IMG/VR virus record: IMGVR_UViG_3300029953_000001
Source of the DNA: a virus
Reading direction: 5' to 3' (one strand)
Length of the DNA: 64,000 bases
A program made the translations under genes and the position numbers. The notes beneath the pieces were generated by a model. The model saw nothing but the letters and a program-made list of their open reading frames with translations. It searched no databases and was not told the DNA's origin. Shown here one piece after another: positions 59,012-64,000 of the stretch (position 1 is the first letter of the stretch; every line of letters begins with the position of its first letter).

Positions 59012-59101
59012 GTACCCGTGGTGTGAATTGGATTAGCCGCCACCCTCCGAAGGTGGGCTGACGAAAGTCTCATGCAGGTTCGAGTCCTGCCGGGTACACC
59101 A
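59012..59101 (+). tRNA. tRNA-Arg(CCG) with long variable arm
   Basis: CCACC-CTCCGAA-GGTGG; GAC-GAAA-GTC variable hairpin; CCA. Confidence 0.85.
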
Positions 59102-59108
59102 AGTCTTT

Positions 59109-59330
59109 GTGTGAAAGGGGAGGCGATGTGCCTCATCGGGCGTGATAGCCCGGATATGTCAGTAAATGCTGGCCGCACAAGCCAAGACGGTTCCGAGGAG
59201 GTTCGATACCTTCACCACTTGCAAGTGGGTCGTCGCGACGACACTGGAAAAGGTTCCGAGCAATCAGGATGCTCTCGGTTGAAAGGCCGGGAGGGGTGGA
59301 CAGGGAGTTCAGCATTCTCGCCCACATCCT
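59109..59330 (+). ncRNA. structured RNAs, one ending in a T-arm-like hairpin
   Basis: GGAGG-TTCGATA-CCTTC plus several hairpins; GTGGGT/GCCCAC closing stem. Confidence 0.45.
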
Positions 59331-59387
59331 AAGAACAAGGCACAGTACTTGCCTTTACCTGCTACGAACAGGATGTGCAAAATATAT

Positions 59388-59476
59388 GCGCCCGTAGCCT
59401 AGCGGATGAGGCACCAGACTACGAATCTGTTGAACGAGAGTTCTCTACAGAGGTTCGAATCCTCTCGGGCGCACCA
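59388..59476 (+). tRNA. tRNA-Arg(ACG) with long variable region
   Basis: Loop CTACGAA; 18-nt variable region; CCA. Confidence 0.88.
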
Positions 59477-60089
59477 ACTTTATGGTTTCAAGCGATAGGA
59501 GGTCGTTATCAAACTCCCAGTGGCAGTTACGACACAGAGGTAAGACGTTGCTGACATTGTTGATTTCGCCGAGAGTAGAATCAAGTGAGAAGGTTTTTAT
59601 GCCTTTGATGTGAGCAAGTTCACTGTGCTTACTATAACCACAGTACAAGCAAGGTAGTTTGAGAAGGTGTTTGTTCCATGAACGGTTGAACCGCCTGACG
59701 AAATCATAGATGTGGCTACGGTGCTTGCCTTTTACATAAGGTGAATTCATCGCCTCTTCAAGAGTCATAAGGCGGAAGTCTACTCGGATATACTCATTAG
59801 ACCCGTGGCGTTTGCGTAGCCGAAGGTGGGGAGTAAGTAGATGTTCCTTGTTTCCAGAACATGGGGAGCAGAAGGTGTAAGACCGGTGGGATGTTGAGCA
59901 TGTAAACTCAGCCCCGCAGGATTTACAAGTACGAGGTTTTGGTGGGTTTCTTTGAAGACCACGACGGAGTTTGGCTGAGCAGGAACGTGAGCAGAAGTTA
60001 CGACCGGGAGATGATCTACGGATTTCAGCTTCAGCCTTTTCAAATTCTACTTGGCAAGTTAGGCAAGTGACTTTTGTTTTAGTTTGCAT
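59445..60089 (-). CDS. HNH homing endonuclease overlapping tRNA-Arg antisense
   Basis: CLYCGY..HSELAHIK...NVLPLCRNCHWEFD; paralog of 48656. Confidence 0.88.
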   Translation of the reverse strand: MQTKTKVTCLTCQVEFEKAEAEIRRSSPGRNFCSRSCSAKLRRGLQRNPPKPRTCKSCGAEFTCSTSHRSYTFCSPCSGNKEHLLTPHLRLRKRHGSNEYIRVDFRLMTLEEAMNSPYVKGKHRSHIYDFVRRFNRSWNKHLLKLPCLYCGYSKHSELAHIKGIKTFSLDSTLGEINNVSNVLPLCRNCHWEFDNDLLSLETIKLVRPRGFEPL

Positions 60090-60152
60090 ACTCAAGGGGT
60101 TTAAAGTCAGATAGTATTTTCATTTATGATCTGAGTTCAATCCCTGATAACA

Positions 60153-60228
60153 GCCCCCGTCGTTCAACGGACAAGGACACCGACCTTCTAAGTCGTGGAT
60201 GTGAGTTCGATTCTTACCGGGGGCACCA
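60153..60228 (+). tRNA. tRNA-Arg(TCT)
   Basis: Cloverleaf, CCA. Confidence 0.93.
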
Positions 60229-60258
60229 AGTTTTGAGGCGAGAACATCCGTCTCGGTT

Positions 60259-60432
60259 TCGGGCACCAGTGGTTCCAGCCGTTGGTCACGACTAGACCTA
60301 GACAGATTCACGAGGGCTGGAACCTACGTGATGAGTCTGAACAAAGCACCGGACTCGTAATCCGGGGATGTGACGAGAGGGTTGGTCACCATGCGGCGTT
60401 GGCCGGATGTAGCTTTAGAAGTCAGTGCCCGA
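60259..60432 (+). ncRNA. structured RNA containing a degenerate tRNA-Thr(CGT)-like domain
   Basis: TCGGGCAC/GTGCCCGA outer stem; 10-bp stem 60271/60324; CCGGA-CTCGTAA-TCCGG. Confidence 0.5.
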
Positions 60433-60548
60433 TAAGTTCAATGGAGGTCATGCGTGTAAATCCTCCAGCAGAGGCAGTGTTCCGGCATCGTACCCATTCG
60501 ACCGGAACTGAGTAAGTCCGCTGTCCGGGAGCACCGGGTGAGAGTTGT

Positions 60549-60623
60549 TGGCAAGTGGTCTAATGGTATGATGCTCCGCTGTTACCGGAGAAGGTGTCGG
60601 TTCGAATCCGGCCTTGCCAGCCA
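60549..60623 (+). tRNA. tRNA-Asn(GTT), C38 variant
   Basis: U1-A72, G73, loop CTGTTAC, CCA. Confidence 0.9.
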
Positions 60624-60646
60624 TAGTTTGAGTTGAGGTTCCTTAG

Positions 60647-60713
60647 TTGCTTGTAGCTCAATGGTAGAGCAGCCGCGTTGGCGGCTGATGCGGGTTCGAC
60701 TCCCGCCAAGTGA
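60647..60713 (+). ncRNA. tRNA-like RNA with 4-nt anticodon loop, no CCA
   Basis: Canonical D arm GCTC-AATGGTA-GAGC and T arm; GCCGC-GTTG-GCGGC. Confidence 0.65.
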
Positions 60714-60951
60714 ACGAAAGGGACTAAGAGGGACGGATAGACATCTGGCGGGTAGCTCCCGTCTGTGGAACGTTCGTGAAATCCCAAGCCCTCCCGGTTT
60801 AGTAGCACAAGAAGGGTGACACCTACCCGGCGTTTCGCTTCGGCGATGAACGTACATGAAAGCCTACGTTAGAAGCGTAGAAGGCATGTGTCTTAGTTGA
60901 AGTGGTGTGACGCCGAAGAGAGAGTCGGCCTAAGTTTAGTAGCAGAGATGT

Positions 60952-61042
60952 TCAGGGGTAAAACGTAACTGGCAGCGTACTTGGCTGTTAACCAAGCGGG
61001 TAGCCATTCCCTCTGAGGGTTCGAGTCCCTCCCCCTGAGCCA
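60952..61042 (+). tRNA. tRNA-Asn(GTT) with long variable region
   Basis: CTTGG-CTGTTAA-CCAAG; 18-nt variable region; U1-A72, G73, CCA. Confidence 0.85.
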
Positions 61043-61059
61043 GTTTAGTAGCACAGTAT

Positions 61060-61158
61060 GCGGGGTAGGTGCCCTCTATCTGAGTCGCGACACACTCACG
61101 TCTTGACGCTCAGAGGGTAAGGTGCCACGGGGACGTGAGAATCTCCCCACCCGCACCA
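61060..61158 (+). ncRNA. CCA-ending tRNA mimic without D arm or anticodon loop
   Basis: GCGGG/CCCGC-ACCA acceptor; GGGGA/TCCCC T-like arm; branched GCCCTCT/AGAGGGT domain. Confidence 0.6.
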
Positions 61159-61174
61159 GTTTAGTTCCACATGT

Positions 61175-61248
61175 TCGGTCTTCGTTCAGTGGTAGGACGC
61201 TAGGTTCTGACCCTAGAAACCGGGGTTCGACCCCCTGAGACCGAGCCA
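61175..61248 (+). tRNA. tRNA-Gln(CTG)
   Basis: Cloverleaf, U1-A72, CCA. Confidence 0.92.
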
Positions 61249-61336
61249 AGTTTGATGTCGGCAATACCGGTAGTATGTTACCGATAAAGCCTAGTTTTAG
61301 CTGTATCCGGCACAATTGTACCGCTTACAGGGATAT

Positions 61337-61423
61337 GCGTTCGTGGCAGAGTGGCTTATGCACCTGACTCTTAATCAGCGGGAGAGATTCCCAACGGGGG
61401 TTCGAATCCCTCCGGACGCACCA
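61337..61423 (+). tRNA. tRNA-Lys(CTT) with class II body (long variable arm)
   Basis: D arm GCA-GAGTGGCTTA-TGC; loop CTCTTAA; GGGA/TCCC variable hairpin; CCA. Confidence 0.85.
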
Positions 61424-61443
61424 AGTTTAGATGTACCAGTTTT

Positions 61444-61520
61444 GCGTCGGTCGTATAGCGGATTATTATACTCGGCCCTTACCCGAGATGACGGTGGTTC
61501 GAATCCACCCCGGCGCACCA
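61444..61520 (+). tRNA. tRNA-Lys(CTT), C33/C38 variant
   Basis: CTCGG-CCCTTAC-CCGAG; CCA. Confidence 0.82.
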
Positions 61521-61561
61521 AAGTTTTGCAAAGGAACTATATGAAACGTTTGCCCAAATTC

Positions 61562-61637
61562 GGGGTTGTAACTCAAATGGCTAGAGTCCCGCCTTTTAAG
61601 CGGTGAGATTTCGGTTCGATGCCGAACGGCCCCACCA
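61562..61637 (+). tRNA. tRNA-Lys(TTT)
   Basis: Loop CTTTTAA; CCA. Confidence 0.9.
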
Positions 61638-61707
61638 TAATTTGTACCTACAGTAGGTTAGTCATGCTGGTTTTTCGACTATCGCATACCTCTTATAGGG
61701 GGTTCAA

Positions 61708-62394
61708 ATGCGAAGATTAATGGAAAAACAGAATGAAGCAATTACACTGAGGGTACAGAATCGGCTTTCATTGAAAGAAATTGCGCTTCGACTGGGAGTA
61801 GCCAAGGGTTCTGCCAGTTTATGGTTACGTGATTACCCCCTAAGTAAGGAAGAACTTGTTGATAGACGCAATACATCGGGGCTCCTCAATAAGCCTTCCT
61901 GTTGTCATGATAAAACGTGTATTACATGTGGCGGTTCGTTTACCCACGGTAAGCTGTCTCAGAGGCACTGCTCTAGGAAATGTGCTTCGAGGGAGGGAGG
62001 GAAACAGTCGAAGCAGTCGTGGGATAGAAGACGGGCTGTACTACTAGTAAAATGGAAGTCAGGAGTAATAGTTCCATCGGAACGATCAGCCAAAGGTTAT
62101 CTGATAATTGAGCGGGGAAGGAAATGCGAGGACTGTGGGTGGAGTAAAGTGAACCCCAAATCCCTCACAGTTCCAATTGAACTCGAACATGTAGATGGGG
62201 ATTGCTACAATAACAGCTATAGTAATTGTAGGTTGCTTTGTCCTAATTGTCACTCACTGACCCCCACGTATAGGGGGATGAACATGGGTAAGGGCAGGGG
62301 TAGGAAGTTATCCAAGGTTGTAAGTGCATGGGCTAAGGAACGCAATGTCCGTCTGAACTCTAAAGGTGGAACCGACTTAGCCCAAGTAATGTAG
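61708..62394 (+). CDS. HNH homing endonuclease with N-terminal HTH
   Basis: SLKEIALRLGVAKGS; LEHVDGD..NN..SNCRLLCPNCHS. Confidence 0.9.
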   Translation: MRRLMEKQNEAITLRVQNRLSLKEIALRLGVAKGSASLWLRDYPLSKEELVDRRNTSGLLNKPSCCHDKTCITCGGSFTHGKLSQRHCSRKCASREGGKQSKQSWDRRRAVLLVKWKSGVIVPSERSAKGYLIIERGRKCEDCGWSKVNPKSLTVPIELEHVDGDCYNNSYSNCRLLCPNCHSLTPTYRGMNMGKGRGRKLSKVVSAWAKERNVRLNSKGGTDLAQVM

Positions 62395-62395
62395 T

Positions 62396-62472
62396 GCCTC
62401 GGTCGTCCAGCGGTCTAAGACGCCTCTCTCATAAGGAGGAAATCGTCGGTTCAAATCCGACCCGAGGTACCA
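62396..62472 (+). tRNA. tRNA-Met(CAT), elongator
   Basis: Cloverleaf, loop CTCATAA, CCA. Confidence 0.88.
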
Positions 62473-62479
62473 AAGTTAT

Positions 62480-62556
62480 TGGGAGATAGTTCAATTGGTA
62501 GAACACTCGGTTCTGACCCGAGAGGTTTGCAGGTTCGATCCCTGCTCTCCCAACCA
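62480..62556 (+). tRNA. tRNA-Gln(CTG)
   Basis: Cloverleaf, U1-A72, CCA. Confidence 0.92.
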
Positions 62557-62782
62557 AAAATGTGGTAAGACATCCAACCCAACCTCCGCAACCAAGATAT
62601 GTTGAGACAGTTACGTCAACCCGAGGATGTAGTAGACTTCATCGACGGACTGTTTCTTACCCTCATCGGATGGCTGGGTACACGCCACTGGGGGATGACA
62701 GTAATAGTGATGCACTTCCGTTCCGGTTGGTACTCTAAGCGTAGAGTATGGAACGACAAGGAAAAGAAGTGGGTCAAAAGGA

Positions 62783-62844
62783 TTGCGGGTGCCTAGATGT
62801 CGGAGGCTAACCGAGAGGTCGCAGGTTCAATGTCTGCCCCGCAA
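62783..62844 (+). pseudogene. degenerate tRNA (fMet-like remnant)
   Basis: GCGGG/CCCGCAA acceptor and AGGTC-GCAGG-TTCAATG-TCTGC; D arm lost. Confidence 0.55.
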
Positions 62845-62852
62845 AGAGATGT

Positions 62853-62927
62853 TCCCAGTTAGCTCAATGGCAGAGCTTACGGCTGTTAACCGTATGGTTG
62901 GGGGTTCGAGTCCCTCACTGGGAGCCA
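62853..62927 (+). tRNA. tRNA-Asn(GTT)
   Basis: Canonical cloverleaf, CCA. Confidence 0.95.
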
Positions 62928-63330
62928 AGTTTTGTTCGACCAAGGAGTGAGAGCAATCTCACTTTTTGCATGTTTGAAGGAAGAAAGTGACGTATCTATC
63001 ACTATGAGAAAGTTTACCCTAACGCTGGATGTCTCGGACAAGTACGACCGCTTCGACTCTGCGGAACTAAGGAGCGAGGTAATGTTGTTTCTCGACGGGC
63101 TATCGTTGAATGTGGAACGAGCTTCAGTGCAATGGACGGAAGACGCTTCCGAGGATAAGACTGATGAGTGAAGAATACGTACGGGAGACCCCAACGTATC
63201 CGCTGCCGGGTCTCAGCAAGGAAGAGACCTTAGAGTATTACGGACTTCAAGTTCTGGGCATGTGGGGTGGCTACCATCTCATTTACAACGGCCCGAAGTG
63301 GGAAAGGTTTCAAGAGTTGGAAGGGAAGAT

Positions 63331-64000
63331 ATGCAGCACGTAGTACAGGCAGGGTTGTTCAACGAGTTCGGTTTCAAAGGGCTGCTCGACGCATTGGATG
63401 CGAACGACAGCAAGTACACCATCGTCAGCGTCCGGGAGCATTTGCAGCCAGAGGTAGACTTCGACCCGGATGAGGATGTGATGGTCTGGGGCTCGATGGG
63501 GTTGGCCCGTATCGCTACTGAGCGTGGCTGGAAGCCCGGTGCGTTTCAAGGCCCTGAGTTCGACATGCAGCAGCACGGAGTACGGTTCGGTCGCAACTTC
63601 TTCAACCACGACGCGACGTACTGCAAGTTCAGTGAGATGGACTTCACGGAGCCGATGTTCGTCCGCCCGGTGCATGACACCAAGGTATTCAACGGTGGTC
63701 TGATGACGCCGGAGGACATGGTGCCTTGGCGTGACCGTATCGTTGAACTGGCAAAGACAGGGTACTGCTCCATCACAGGAGACACCCCGGTTATGTTCGC
63801 ACCACCGAAGCCGATTGACCACGAGGCAAGATTCTTCGTCGTGGACGGCAGGGTTGTAACGGGAAGTGTGTACCGTAGTTTCGGCGAGGTAATGTACGCG
63901 AGGATAGACTCCACCAACGCATTCTTCTATCCGATGATGCAGTTCGCACAGAGGATGGCGGAGCTTGGAGAGACACCCATCTCGGCCACGTATGTACTTG
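63331..64000 (+). CDS. ATP-grasp domain protein (R2K-like), 3' truncated by window
   Basis: Frame from ATG 63331: VWGS, FVRPVHDTKVFNGG, IDHEARFFVVDGRVVTGSVY. Confidence 0.75.
   Translation, partial: MQHVVQAGLFNEFGFKGLLDALDANDSKYTIVSVREHLQPEVDFDPDEDVMVWGSMGLARIATERGWKPGAFQGPEFDMQQHGVRFGRNFFNHDATYCKFSEMDFTEPMFVRPVHDTKVFNGGLMTPEDMVPWRDRIVELAKTGYCSITGDTPVMFAPPKPIDHEARFFVVDGRVVTGSVYRSFGEVMYARIDSTNAFFYPMMQFAQRMAELGETPISATYVL

Larger units (their letters stand above)
60797..61169 (+). repeat. spacer motif GTTTAGTAGCA x3 plus one variant
   Basis: At 60797, 60934, 61043; GTTTAGTTCCA at 61159. Confidence 0.8.

Noticed and set aside
60728-60795. Twister ribozyme suggested by TCCCAAGCCC and GAGGG
   Set aside because: The remaining conserved elements and pseudoknots could not be placed; GAGGG/CCCTC is explained as a simple closing stem
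61060-61158. tmRNA
   Set aside because: Too short, no G3-U70 pair, no tag reading frame
60797-61169. CRISPR array
   Set aside because: Repeat is only 11 nt, spacing is irregular, intervening sequences are tRNAs or structured RNAs, and there are no cas genes
59072-61606. Short ORFs called across the tRNA array
   Set aside because: They overlap tRNAs and structured RNAs and lack coding bias

Overview
This 64 kb window looks like part of a large (jumbo-type) dsDNA phage genome. It has densely packed, mostly + strand short ORFs and no structural genes. Recognisable products include nucleotide-metabolism enzymes (ThyX, dCMP deaminase, Nudix, MazG-like, HD hydrolases, nucleoside deoxyribosyltransferase-like), an SNF2-type helicase and an NAD-dependent DNA ligase split into two genes. 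There is also an ABC-transporter/OmpA membrane operon, two ADP-ribosyltransferase-like genes, about 8 homing endonucleases plus remnants, and two tRNA arrays with about 21 tRNAs interleaved with tRNA-like and other structured RNAs. The main finding: each tRNA array is preceded by a promoter, a short leader ORF missing from the ORF track, an antiterminator and an intrinsic terminator, and the leader codons match the tRNAs downstream. Leader 1 (46134-46211) has all six Ser codons plus TTA and ATA, ahead of 4 tRNA-Ser, tRNA-Leu(UAA) and 2 AUA-reading tRNA-Ile. Leader 2 (58358-58459) has K/Q/N/R/M/W/H codons ahead of Trp/His/Arg/Asn/Gln/Lys/Met tRNAs. I infer ribosome-mediated attenuators that switch on phage tRNA synthesis when the matching host tRNAs are depleted, for example by anticodon-nuclease defence. 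Five normally short-arm tRNAs also carry long variable arms. All assignments come from reading motifs by eye; no searches or folding programs were run.
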